Shown here: positions 36,987 through 50,613 of the stretch, one piece after another
Layout of the letters: every line of letters begins with the position of its first letter
Numbering within the stretch: the stretch's first letter is position 1
Origin: Podarcis liolepis
Lineage: Eukaryota
NCBI GenBank assembly: GCA_965112155.1
Contig: OZ218100.1
Strand: one strand, 5' to 3'
DNA: 64,000 bases
Position numbers and translations under genes: made by a program
The notes under the pieces: generated by a model
Told to the model about the DNA's origin: nothing
What the model saw: only the letters and a program-made list of their open reading frames with translations
Database searches by the model: none

Positions 36987-39900
36987 AGAGACCACTCTTA
37001 GAATATTGAGCTGTGAATGAAACAGTAAGCTTAAATACTGTATTTATTAGCACTATGAAAACATTTGTGGGATCTTTTGTTTAACAAAACCTGCTTTTCA
37101 CTAACAGATAAGAGTCTCAATTATTTCTCCTTTCTGTGTGCTCGATAATGATTCCTATTTCCTTTAATTAACAAATTAATATTTTAGAGTTTCTGTTTCA
37201 AAGGCAAAGAGTGGTGTGTGATGTATTCTTTTTACTTTTTTGCTCAACTCAAATCACATTCTATATTTTTTTTCAAGTAGATATTCAGTTCTTTCCCAAA
37301 GCTGTAGAACAGCCTCTGCAAGCTTAGGTATTTTGGACTACAAGTCCTATCACCCCAGTCAAGCAATGGGATGGGTAGATGTAGTCCAAAGCTTCAGAGG
37401 AGGGGAGCACCAGGTTAGGAAAGGCTGCTGTGCAGGAGCAGAATTACAGTATATGCCTTGTCATGTGAGGGGGAAAACACCTCAAGTATGCTTTCTGGGT
37501 GTTGTGTTGTGTGTGGGATCCTCCACATGATGTGTTTATTTAGCATTCATCCTGGTTTACTTGTACACAGCTTCTGCAGATGTTAGACTATGTCCAACCT
37601 TTATTGAGCATTTATTCTGATTTGTCTGCAGGGAGGTTATACAACAATGAGTATTCATCCTGATTTATTTGTGTGATTTGTTGCAGCAAAGCAAAAGAGC
37701 ACTAGAATCCACTTTAGTTGTGGAAGCCTGTTTTGCTTTATTTTTACTTTTTAAATTTTATTAACATATAAAACACATACATATACATTTACACAGTACG
37801 CATACATAACACACTACCTTATTTTCATAACATAAAACATACCTACATTACTCTATATAATACCTACCTATACTATGCAAGCCTACATTTTCAGGATGTG
37901 ATTGAATCCTTCCCACAAAATAATGACATTCTGGTGCCTGCAGAGAATTAGTAACATCAGAATAACGTAATTGTATCAAACAGACGTGCATTTCCAAAAT
38001 GAGGTTAAAGTATCAGTTGGTATTAATGGCTTTCATAGTGAGTTTTCTGAATACAGGGTTTTTTTAAAAAAAATGCTTTGCTTAATAAAGATTGCTCAAA
38101 AGTAATCATAGAGTATTTTATAGGGGAGGGAATAGCCATGGGAAAGTTAAGTACTGTTAAAAATTCAAAATTGATACCGGAGATCAAGCATGGGTTTCTG
38201 AAAATTGCTACCTAGGTAATTTAATAATCCATCAGAAATACAAATAGCACACTGATGATTTGAGACTGGTCACATTTTGTCACCAAAAGACAGTGTTTAT
38301 TGGGGTTCTAACCCAGAAGCTATAGGCAATATAGTTGAGACCAAATTTTCTCTGGCTGACAGGAAACAAGGAAGGTCAATCACTGCTGGTGGGCAAGTAC
38401 AGAACGCTGTATTCAGAGGTTGAAGGGTATAATATAAATACCTCTTCCTACTTCAAAATAAATGACAGGTGTGTTTTGAGGCTTTCACTCAGCCTCCATT
38501 TTGTGGAGAGAGAACCAGATAAAACTACAGGAGCTTGCAAAACTGATGTGAGCTTTACAAATCCTCGCATTCTTCTTTGGATGAAAATCTGAGCTGAATA
38601 ATAGTTTCCAGATTATTCAACCCATCCAACATCTTCCCCACCAGCACTCCATCCCTAAGCCCTTTGCTTTAATTTGGGTGGTTCAGCAGAAGTAGTAGTG
38701 GTACACCAGAATAGAAATCCAAACCCCCGTGGCTGAATGGAGTGATGGAACCATCCGATAGACCACTGACTGTCTCCACCATTCCTAAATTATTCCTAAA
38801 TTATTATTCCATTTCCCTACATTGTGGTCAGTGACTTGAATATAAAAATACTGCAGCTTTCTGGTTAATGATGAATATCCACACTGAAGCAACAAATATG
38901 TGGCCACTATTTACATACTAATCATTTTCAGATATTGTCTCTTTATCTGGAATATATTGAAAATGTGGGTATTTTTTGGGAGAATACCATTGTCTTGAAC
39001 TTAGAGTGTAAACACTCCAATGTTTAATTAATTAAGAAATAGTCGCTTCAGTTCTGGAGCTGACCAGACAACGTTCACAGAATTCATAAGGACATGACCA
39101 CACAATTTGATGAAAGCACCGTTTTCCTTGAAAGCACGGCAAATGCCGAAAGTCATCAATATTCTCGTGAATACTTCTGGGACACAGATAAATTAAAATA
39201 CAAGCTTGCTCTAAGCTTTCTGTTTCTCTTAATTGCAGCATTTCTTCATAATTTGGAATATTGTACTATCACTTGAAGAATTAAATCTTCTTCCTCTATA
39301 AAGGGAGAAATTGTTGTAATTTTTTTTTAATCTAGTCTGTATGGGCATATAGTGGCATTCCTCTATTAAACGTCAGTAAAGTTGTGCTCACAACATACAT
39401 TTAATGTACATTGTTTCTGCCAAAGAATAATGGGAATAGTGGAACTTTGTTAAGGGAGCTTGAAATTGTAATTGGTAAACTACAGTTCCCAGGATTCTTT
39501 GGGCAAGCCATGTGCTTAACCATGGACTTAACCATGTAGGGGTCCTTTACCTTTATCTTACCTTATTATAAGTGCTCCCTAGCACTCTTCTACCCACCTC
39601 TTCAGTAGTGGCAGGAAGGGAAGGAGGTGTCAGTCTCTCTCCTACCCCACTCACTGTGCCTGGACATGGATACAGCAGTGATCCAGCACCAGGAACCTTG
39701 AGAGAGCTGGAGAACCCTACAGATGGAGTTGTGGTGGCTACAGGGTGAACATTGCTTCCCCCTTTCACCAACAGGAACCTCTCAGCTAGATCAGATGCCT
39801 TGCATTGGATGGATAGAGCCCTTCAATTTGTGGCAGAGCAACCCAGGAGCCAAATTGTTTCATTTAGGCTAGAATCCCATAAACATTTACTTTTAAGTAA

Positions 39901-42724
39901 GACCCACTGAACTCAGTGGGACACCAGAGCAGATATTCATAGTTTATTCTGCTTCTGTCTCACAACTGTCATGCACTTCTTTAATCTACTGGTGAACAAA
40001 ATGCATAGTACAAGATGTGCATTTGGGTTATAGCAAGGTGGGAGGAAAGTTATCTAGAAGAGAAACAGAGGTGCAATGTATAACCTAATCAATGTACAAT
40101 GTTTTGCCATGAATTTAGAACAGAGTTCCTTGTAAGCATTTTCCTGTAATGAGAATTTTGATTGCTTATATATTAATAATCACCTGCTATTCAGTATGAA
40201 GTAGGTGATCTGAGTGCGTGTACACACACACACACACACACTATAAACCAATACTTCACACAAGCTGGCTCAGGATCCCTTTTAGGATTAGGTGAATCAG
40301 TAAAATAATCTCAGTAACCTATTAGAAAATTGGTTAAATGCTATTAAAATATTCTGTCTCTTTATGAAATAACTTGCACATAGCAGAATTGTTTTTTAAA
40401 AAAATCATTAGATTCTGGAAACCATTACACAATTTGAAAGTTACTATAAAAATAAAATTGGCACCTCCTATTCCCTTCTCTGAGTGATCAATGTCTGCTA
40501 GTCATAAGAGAATGTCTGCTTAATGCCTAAAGTGTGGTACAATCCTTGCACATCCCAATCTCTGTTTTGACAGTGAATGCCACAATCGAAAAGAATGTTT
40601 AAAGATCTCCCAGCTGTTGTTGTAATGAAACATTCATTCATAATGTTTCATGTAGCACATATCTCATTTTGTAGCCAGCCACCTTTGCTTCGATTTCAAG
40701 GGGACTGTCACTGCAACAGCACCATTACAATAGCTACTGGTTTTTAGAAGCATTAGTCATAAGACACTTTATAAAACAGAAAAAGAATTAGCATTTGTAA
40801 TGATGCCGGTTGAAGTAGTTTAGGATGTTTGAGAATAAGATGTAGTATGGGTTTATGAGAAAATGTCTGAACTTTTTAATCTTGCTGTCTCTTTTGTTCC
40901 CTGCTTCTGCTTTGCTACACTAGTAGATTTCTATATAACACTCAAGCATTGTTGTAACAGGATATTTATTTGCATTTATATGACATTAATGTCATAAAGA
41001 GATAAGAATCCTGTCCAGAAAAACAGTGGTTTCTTGAGGTAATTAAATATAAGCAGCAGATAAAAAAACACCTTTATATCTTTTAATGTTAAGTGTGTTG
41101 CTTCACTATATTGAAATGTGACTAACATAGTCATTACACATACACAATAGGACAAGGCATATCTGACACAAGGCAAATGACAGAAGGTGTTCCCTCCCAG
41201 TTCCACATATAAAGGTAAGATTCTATAAGTGAGCCAAATTAAGGCAGTGTATACACTCTACCTGTTAAGCACATTCCCCACCCAAAAAATCATGGGTACT
41301 ATGGTTTACCTCTCATAGAACTACAATTTCCAGCACTCTTAATTAACTACACTTCCCAGGGTTCTTTGGGGGATGCCATTTGCAAGGACCATACAAACCC
41401 CTGGAAAAGGCTAGGATGTAGCTCATGCAATCATCATGGTGTGATGAAGAGAATTTGGCCTTAACCCCATCTTGCCACACCTTCCCTGGTCAGGAAAGAT
41501 TGCTCTAGTTTTGTCAGCTCCCTATGAAGTTTAGAAACCTGGATAGAGGGAAATATGGCCAAGCAACGAGGATGTGACTGATGAGGGGACATGCTCTTCC
41601 CCCTTCCCTTAGGAACTGCAAATGCCTGGAGAGAGTTCCTGACCCCAGGAAGTTCTTTTTCATCCTATGTACCCATCATAGTAAAGGCCATCCAAACATT
41701 TGGAGGCTTCAAATACACTGAGCACTCAGTGTTATGACAACACCCCCCCCCCCAATAATAAACCATCAAGATGAATATGGAGGGAAACAAATAGAGAGAG
41801 GCAGCATATGCGGAGATCACAGCCCAGTAATAAATTGTCATGGTGATGAAATAGAAGGCAGAAGAGCAATGCTTACAAATAGGGATCAGCAGCTTATGAA
41901 TACCTAAGACAGATTGTTGGTGGTGGGTAAGAGAAGCAATATTTTCCGTGTCTAAACCATATTCTGCCTACCCATCCATCACCTCTATGATTACTTTAAC
42001 ATTTCCAGTTGATGGTGAGTTTTAAATAGATGCCTTTTAAAACAAAATGCCAGAGTTCGAGTGCCTCTTAATATTAGGATGAGCTACATTTTGAATTTCC
42101 TGCTCTGTGAAATATAGGCATCCATGTAATTCTATGTTAGCAAAAGTTTGACTTCTAAAGTGTATATCTTAAGTGCTTATTATAGGCATACTTGGATATC
42201 AGTTTGTAGAATAACTAGAATTAATTGAAAGCCAGTGTGTCTGTTTGGAACAATATTCTGCATTTCAGATATAAAACACAACTTAATCCCCACCTCACTA
42301 CACATTTTCCATCGAGATATGAAAACAGTAAAACACACCCAAATGGTACAGATCCATGGAACATTGAAAGCTGCATGTTTAAAGCAGATCATCTGCAACA
42401 CCAATTGCAATTCTTGCACCTGTTTTCATGTGGGCAATGAGTAAGTAGGGCATCTCAAATGTTGCATTTCACCATGTGTTGCATTTCACTAGAGAACTGG
42501 TTGCATGGTGAGGAATCCACATGACCTGTTCAGCTTGAGGAAAGCGACTCTGCCTTCCTTCCCCACACCATCCCAACATTGAAATGTTGCCCCACAAGGT
42601 ACAACATACTGACAATAGAAAGTAGTGTTGGCTTTTTTATTTATTAAAAATGTTTGTCTTTCATCCAAAGGTCCCAACGTGGAAACATACAAGCAACATC
42701 ATCATCAGATTAACTATATAATTA

Positions 42725-43082
42725 AAGGTACCCCTGCCCGTACGGTCCAGTTGTGTCCAACTCTAGGGTTGTGCGCTCATCTCACTTAAGAGGCCGGGAG
42801 CCAGCGCTGTCCGAAGACACTTCCGGGTCACATGGCCAGCGTGACGAAGCTGCTCTGGTGAGCCAGCACCACCGCAGCACACAGAAACGCCGTTTACCTT
42901 CCCACTATAAAGCGGTACCTATTTATCTACTTGCACTTAGGGGTGCTTTCGAACTGCTAGGTGGGCAGGAGCTGGGACCAAAAGACGGGAGCTTACCCCG
43001 CCGCAGGGATTCGAACCGCCGACCATACGATCAGCAAGTCCTAGGCACTGAGGTTTTACCCACAGCGCCACCCGCGTCCCTC
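42725..43082 (-). mobile_element. Sauria SINE, full length
   Basis: Head GGGACGCGGGTGGCGCTGTGGG with B box GGTTCGAATCC on the minus strand; perfect 14-bp TSD TAACTATATAATTA (42711-42724 / 43083-43096). Confidence 0.96.
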
Positions 43083-43443
43083 TAACTATATAATTACCTC
43101 AACATAAAACCGAAAAGTATCTCTATCTAGAGTAGACCCATCAAAATGAATAAAAATAATTTAGATCCCTTGATTTCAGTTGGTTTGCTCTGGGTAGGAT
43201 TAGCGCTGGATATAACTGTTGACTGATATTAGTGACCTGTATTCATGCAGAAGTAGTTTCTGCTTGTACACCAGGAGGGGGATGCTGGATCTTAGTCATG
43301 GGCCAGAATAATATTTTTCTTTAAAAGAAACCTGGCTTTATTATAGACACTTGCCTCAGTTTCCAAAGGGTTGTTTGAATCATTTCATCTGGAGGGAAAC
43401 CTAATGTTATATGTGTGTATTCAAGCTAAAGAGGCCTGTTTGA

Positions 43444-43755
43444 GTGACTCTGGGGTTGCGGCGCTCATCTCGCTTTATTGGCCGAGGGAGCCGGCGTACA
43501 GCTTCCGGCTCATGTGGCCAGCATGAGCAAGCCACTTCTGGCAAACCAGAGCAGTGCACGGAAACGCCGTTTACCTTCCTGCCAGAGTGGTACCTATTTA
43601 TCTACTTGCACTTTGGCGTGCTTTCAAACTGCTAGGTGGGCAGGAGCTGGGACCAAGCAATGGGAGCTCACCCCATCGTGGGGATTCGAACCACCGACCT
43701 TATGATCGGCAAGTCCTAGGCTCTGTGATTTAACCCACAGCGCCACCTCCATCCC
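43444..43755 (-). mobile_element. Sauria SINE lacking the 3' tail
   Basis: Same head, B box and GGTACCTATTTATCTACTTGCACT core. Confidence 0.92.
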
Positions 43756-45528
43756 TGCTAATTCCTTACTAGAGGGGAAAACAAGCTTTTCAACCCTATT
43801 CATATTTCTCAGTAAAAACCTTTCCCTTTCCAACATGGCTTCTTCTTGCACTTCTGTGTCGGTCTCCAACTTAAGATCAGCTCCAAATACATTAGCAGCG
43901 CTTTTCTACTAGCCTTGTCACTCAAACAAGCCTCTTTTAGAAAGGTGCCTGGTGGTTTGCTGACCTAATAAAGGGAAAATGTTCTAACTTAATGTATTTG
44001 AAAGGCATGTCTGCTTTCTGACACTGTACAAGGGCCAACATTTAAATGTTCCTCTCCAATGATCCCCCTGGATTATGATGCAAAGCACATTCAGGTACTG
44101 TGCAGTTCCCTCCCACTCTCATGCTACTATCTTTTACAGTTCATCTGTTTACGGAAATAGTTGATTCAGAGCAATAGGCATACAGTTACAAATATCAAAA
44201 TTCTTTTTTTCCCCCCAAAATAAAAAAGCAGGTCTGTTCAAAGCAAATCAGCCTGTTCCAGCTTCAGCCTTGACTGACAGTCGGGGAGGAGCTGGCATCA
44301 GATTCATAATGGAAAGCAACCTTCTTCCTATTTTTAGGTTTATTTTATTACACTGAAGGAAACCTTTATGATTTTTAGATATGATGGAAGTGAGGTCCTA
44401 CTTACAGGTTTCCCACAGGTTTTTGGTTGGTCACCTTGGTGAGACCAGAATGGCAAGCCAGATTGGTCTTGGGCCTGAACCAGAAGGGCTCTTCTTACAT
44501 GCATAAAATTGAGCCTAGATATTGTAAGAGAAAATTGATGCCTGACCTCCCCCACCAGTTATGTGGTAAGTATATCTGAGGTGCTACTACAGATCTTTGC
44601 CCACCCTTTTTTGTTCAAAAACAATTGGGTGACAAAAATATGTTGGGGTCAACCTTTATGTTAGTGCCTTGGATTTGCTTACCTTTAAACACAATTTCCT
44701 TTTAGCAAATTGCTGAATTTATTAGTCACAAGAAGTGAAAAGCACTCCAGACTCTCAAAGATAAACAAATATCATTTGTGTTTCCTTCAACGGCATATAC
44801 AAAATCCATGTTAAACCTTTGTGATAGGAAAGCTGACAATGTTTGCAACAAATTTGAAGGTCAGAGCTTTCCTTTCCCTTCAGTTCTCAGAGGGGATAAT
44901 CAAGCAAACAAACCTCCATTATGTCAGAAAGGTTGTTTTCCAATTGCATTTTTTTAAGGCAAGGAAATGGAAAGTGTCGGGGACATGATCCAGTGTGATT
45001 TCAAATGCACTTTTGGAAGGTTGTGAATGTGGTATTGATTTCAAATGCCTTCTTGATATTGACAGATTGCACACAGTTCATTTGTGTGTGTGCTGAATTA
45101 AACTTGGAGTATAATATCTACTATCTTCTCGGTATTTCAAATTATCATTTAGACATGTTTATTGTATGCAGTCCTCCATTCTGCAAAGTTACTATAGTGC
45201 CTTGTTTTCTTGTTCTTAAGAACAGTATTAAAGTGTGCAATTGTGGGAATCACTGCCAGTTTTGCACTTGCTTTTTATAGGTAAAGGTAGACATTAAATG
45301 CTATTGATCTGGCATGAGCCATCCTTGCCTGTGCATACACTTGCCCATAAGAAATTCTCAGACATATCTCACTGGCCACTGTGGGAAATATGATACTGGA
45401 TTAGAAAAGCCTTTCGGGTGATCCAGCAGGGTCCTTTACTCTCCTTCACTCACCACTCTCCTTGTCAAGTCTGTGTAGTGTTGTACTTACTTTATTCAAT
45501 TTTTCATGACAATGTGAAGCCCACTCTT

Positions 45529-45534
45529 CACACA

Positions 45535-45592
<58 letters not shown>
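45529..45592. repeat. Compound (CA)n(GA)n microsatellite
   Basis: Direct inspection. Confidence 0.95.
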
Positions 45593-45594
<2 letters not shown>

Positions 45595-48500
45595 CTGCAT
45601 ACCAACCAATATTTACCCATTCCTTGCTATGATGTGCAAAGAAAGTCTTATTGGGAGTCCTGGGGCTATTAGGGCAACAGGAGGACATTTTATGTGACAC
45701 CTCCCAAGACCTCATAATAGTCTCCTGAGAGAGGTGTGTGTGCTTGCACATCTGATGATGTTTTGAAAACAATGTAATCCTAATATTTTCCAGTTGACAT
45801 TTGGCAACTATTTGTGGAATTAGCAACTACTTCAAATTGTTCTCATTGGCTTTTTTCCACCATTTCACTGGGAGGATATTTTTATCTAACCTATGTGACA
45901 TGCCTAAGAGTTGTGATTTTTAGATGATTTTTCTAGGACTTAATGCTATGAGTCATTTTATTTTGTTAGCTGTGCTAAACCCTCGAAAAATAATATAGTG
46001 AATGAACTAATTATCCAATTAGTTCCAACAGGCTTACTTGTGTGTTTAAAGTTAAATTTAAGATTGACACTTTAAATCACAGAAAATCTTACTGGAAATG
46101 TTAGATAATGGCTCATCTCAAGTATCTTATGGTAGCAGGGGGTCATTGTCCTTGACATCTTGGAAGTACAGATTACCTGCAAGTAATTTATGGCTTTATT
46201 TGTAACACATTATGCATTTCTGTTTTTGCCTTCTTAGACTACAATCCTGGACACAGCAAGGTATCTTAAATTCTATTGGCCTCAAAGAGATTTGAGACAT
46301 CTGTGTGTAGGGTTGCAGCCTCAGTGTTAATCTAAAGGCTAATTTTTGTTTTACAAAAAAAAATAATAATTTAAAAAATCCTTACAGATTTTTCTCCAAG
46401 TTATTTGGTTAAAGAGATACACCCAGCAGGAAGCACACATTGAAATTTTATTAGCTTCCATTTTGGGAACCTGTGAATAATTTGCCTCATTACTATGTAA
46501 ATGGACGAAAACTTTTCTTGACTAATTTTCAGGTAGCAGAATGCACACTGGAAAACAAACAATGTATCCTCAAGACCTTCAGGATTTATACAAGCAAAAT
46601 TATGTATCTGTCAACTAAAGCCACTGAATGGAACTATGGGGCATGACTTTATATAAACATGTAAGACCCTGTCCATACATTTAACCAGGCAGCAAGAGTC
46701 TTCATGTGGTGGAGAAGTGGACATTTTCCAATGGAGAGAATCATATAACTGGGCATCCACACAGAATGCCCATGTCATATGTAATGTTATCTGCAAGATG
46801 GATGGAAGAAAATGTTTCCATTTTGAACAACGCATGGGACTGTGGAGTGGGCAAGGACTACTACAAGGACCTGAAAATATTTTCTTGAAGTTGCAGTTTA
46901 CAAGAAATGAAGAAAGAGAAAGCATCTTGGGACATCCATGTTATATTAACTTCGTGTTTATCAATCACCTCCCACACCCTCTTACTTCAAACTATACTAA
47001 ATGGGGTCATCACTACAAGAACTTAGACACCCTTTTTATCGCTGGACTCCTCCCTTAGGCATGTCCTTTATCCTGCTTCCTGCACCTACTTTTCTTATAC
47101 TGCATTCTGCCAATCTGCTATTATAGGCTCAGCACTGGGACTTTTTGTCCCAGACCCTGACTCCAATGCCTGTATTTCTTGTTCCCTTTTTAATTTTTTT
47201 TGCTCTCAGTTTGAGGGTGGCCCTCTTCAAATCCCTTTTCTCTCCTCTTTCTTGCTTCAGAGGAGGCAGCTCTTTTGTCTCTGATCCCCTAAACTGCTCA
47301 CCTGCAAGCAAGACAGAAGGCAAGCCATCAGTTCCCACTCTCCTCCTTCTCAAATTTCCTCTTCCTGATTCCTTATCAAGCCCACACCTCCCTCTTGGTG
47401 TTTCCTTTCTCCCCTCCCAGAGGAGAGGCATACCCTCTAGCCTGAACTTGTTCATTGCTGCGGGGGGGGGGGATCCTGGAAGGACTTATGGAGGCATGAC
47501 ATCATCAGTGCCAAAACATGACAATAAGGACCTTTTGAAACAGGTCTAATCATTATTTTTATTTGTTTGTTTTGTAGGACAATGACTATGATCCTGGTCA
47601 TTTTGAACTTATCGTGTGAAAAGTCCCCATGCATGAACCAGGCTTTGAATGTTCAGAATTCTGAAGGCTCTCTTTGAGACAGGAAGAGAAGTCTGCAGGC
47701 AACTGTAGAACTGCTGGCCATCTTTCACCATCTTTTTTTTTTTTAATCTATGCTTATCTCTCCTTAGCAGCTGTTCCAGGTCCAGAGAGGGGAATGGGCA
47801 GCAGTGGACAGCTACTATGTAGATAAGAACAGATTTTAAAAGTGGCCTGTGGCTCTACCATTTTCTTTGGCTTTTGCTCTCTTTCTCTTGGGTCTAAGTG
47901 GATCTAAAAATAAGTAAATACTTCTCGATTACATATTTACAGACTTGGGATTCCTTGCAAATTATTTTAAAATACACAATAAATTAAATCAGGGATGATA
48001 CAGTTTCTCTCGGTCTTGGACCAGTGAATTACCCTTATTTATAGATGTCTATACTAATTTCAAAAATTATCAATTAGCCATGAAGTAGACTGCATAATTT
48101 ACACCTTGCAGCTTCACAAATTCAAGTTAATAGGAATGGGTAGTGTCCACTTCTGTCCCCCAAAGGCATATGTGAGCGGAAGAGGGAGCGAGGGAATATT
48201 CAGTGCTTTCACATGGAACTCCCTAAACCTGTTCCATAGCATTGGAAGATCCTCTGGAGTAGATTTGTGGCTGCAGGCAGATGGAGGAACAAAACAAAAT
48301 TTATTCCCTTCCCTTTCTATTGATAGATGCCTTCCTTCACTAAAGGGTCAGCAATGGACCTCACTGAATAGGGTTGATCAGAAGTGGCTCGAGAGTGGGT
48401 CATAGTCGCCGACTGAGATGGGGAGGTGGCAGGGAGGATGAATGCTTTGCAAACAGAGCTTGGCTCAACCTCCCCAGCACCATGCCCTTCTACTTACTAG

Positions 48501-49241
48501 GAAGTGACAATCACACCACCTCCTGAGCCGCTGCTGGAGTTAATTGTATCGCAGGAGCAAGATATTAATAGGCAGATTATGCATCTTCAAAGCAAGCTGC
48601 ATGTATTCATTCTGACAAACAGTATTGGTTTATTTTATTTGTTATAACATTTTAACCCTGCCTGCCCGACAAAATAGTGCTCATGGTGATGGTAATTGTA
48701 ATAATAAAAATAAGTATCAGAAGGTGAAATATGAAGCATTGCAAGCACAATTGCAATCAGCCAGCAAAAGAGTTAGTAGTACCAGGAATCAAAGGTTTTC
48801 ACACAGAGACAGACAGACAGACAGACAGACAGACCTAGAAGAATGCTATCAAACAGCAAACAAGTTGTGTGTGCACAAGCATGTACATACACAAATTTGA
48901 AATAATAAATAACCAATTGTATATTATCTCTTTAAATCAGGGATAGGAGACTTGTGGCCCTCTTGGTGTTCTTGGCTCTAGCTCCCATCAGTCCCAGCCG
49001 GTATGCCTATGAGCGGGAATATTGAGAGGTAGAGTTCAGCAACCTCTGGAAGACCACAGGTTATTGGCTCCTACTGTCAAGTGTGGCTCACTGAAGGATG
49101 CCTGGAACACAAGCCATTTTGCCCCTATGGAGTTGTAAGGTGAGATTTAAATTTATACCAGGGATTTCCTGGTTTACACCTGGCAATGCACTGCAACCCT
49201 ATATATGTCTGTTAGGAAGTAAGTCCCATGTACATTCATTG

Positions 49242-49552
49242 GAAGAAGAAGAAGAAGAAGAAGAAGAAGAAGAAGAAGAAGAAGAAGAAGACGAAGAAGA
49301 AGAGGAGGAGGAGTAGAAGAGTTTGGATTTGATATCCTGCTTTATCACTACTCAAAGGAGTCTCAAAGCGGCTAACATTTTCCTTCCCTTCCTCCCCCAC
49401 AACAAACACTCTGTGAGGTGAGTGGGGTTGAGAGACTTCAAAGAAGTGTGACTAGCCCAAGGTCACCCAGCAGCTGCATGTGGAGGAGCAGAGATGGTGA
49501 ACCCGGTTCACCAGATTACAAGTCTACTGCTCTTAACACCACACTGGCTCTC
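49242..49552 (-). mobile_element. tRNA-derived SINE (Squam3/MIR-like, tentative) with expanded (TTC)n tail
   Basis: Head GAGAGCCAGTGTGGTG on the minus strand, CAAGGTCACCCAG motif, (GAA)n run 49242-49320 at the 3' end. Confidence 0.8.
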
Positions 49553-50613
49553 TGGTAAGTCCCAGGTAAGTGTGTAGCTTCAGTCACTTAGCTGTGACAC
49601 TATGCTTTCAGGTGGGTTCCCAGACCCCACTTCTAGATAGAAGTATCCTATTAATGCATGACATTATAGACTTGTTCCTATCCCCGTTAAAAGAATGAAA
49701 CATGTGGAAGATATGGAGATATGACAAATATCTGTGAAATCATGTTCACCATCTCACCATAGTATTGAATACTATTCTTTGGTCTCTGGATTTTCAAGCA
49801 AGCACTGAACATTTGTCAGATTACGCTCCTATGAATGGTAGCTAAATACTTTGCTCCACCAAACAATATGTCAGCGTAAATATGTGCAATTTATTACTGA
49901 CATACATGTCAAGCAATTTGTGGTTTTTTTGGGCAATGGGCACAGAAGAGAAAGCTCAGGATGGTCTGCTTTTTTCAAAGCATGCTGGAACTGCAAGAAA
50001 TAGAATGTAATCAAATTCTCATTTCCTAATCAAGTCTGACTGGAAGCCAAGAGAAATCAGCCATAGCTGCAATAGCAATAATCACATTCTAAGTGAGCTG
50101 TTGAATTTAGCAAGATTAGTAATATAGAGTCTGAAGGGATCAAGAGGCCAGTGTTCAGCCTCCTACTGCGAGGCAGGACAATCTATCCCTCAGCCCTGCC
50201 ACAGATCAGTCAAATGACCTGTCAAATGTGATATGGACCAGTCTATTGTACAGAGGGAATAAGTGCAGAGGTGCACTCTCTAAAAGTTGCCAGCGGGACA
50301 ATTAACTCAGCTGAAACATGTGCAGAATAACACTACAGATGTTTACTGAGAAATAAGACCTAGTGAATTCAATAGAGCTTACTTCCAGCAGTAGGTTATG
50401 TATAGGACTGTAGCCTGTACTGTTGTGCTTTCATTATTGAGGCTCTTATGTTCTGAACATCATCATCAAAAATGGTTCTGTGGCATCCACAGCCTTGATC
50501 CAGAGGCAATTATGTACAAAAGGCAGTGGCACATGATATGAAAGGTATTTCTGCTTTTGCTGTAAAGCATTATGTGCACTGGCACTGAAAAAAAATGCCT
50601 TGTTCTTGGCTAC

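Noticed and set aside
46813-47501. Possible solo LTR on the minus strand (TGTCATG start, purine-rich)
   Set aside because: No matching TSD and the other end is uncertain; may be real but I cannot support it
49098-49316. ORF with a poly-Glu tail
   Set aside because: The tail is the (GAA)n microsatellite at the 3' end of a SINE
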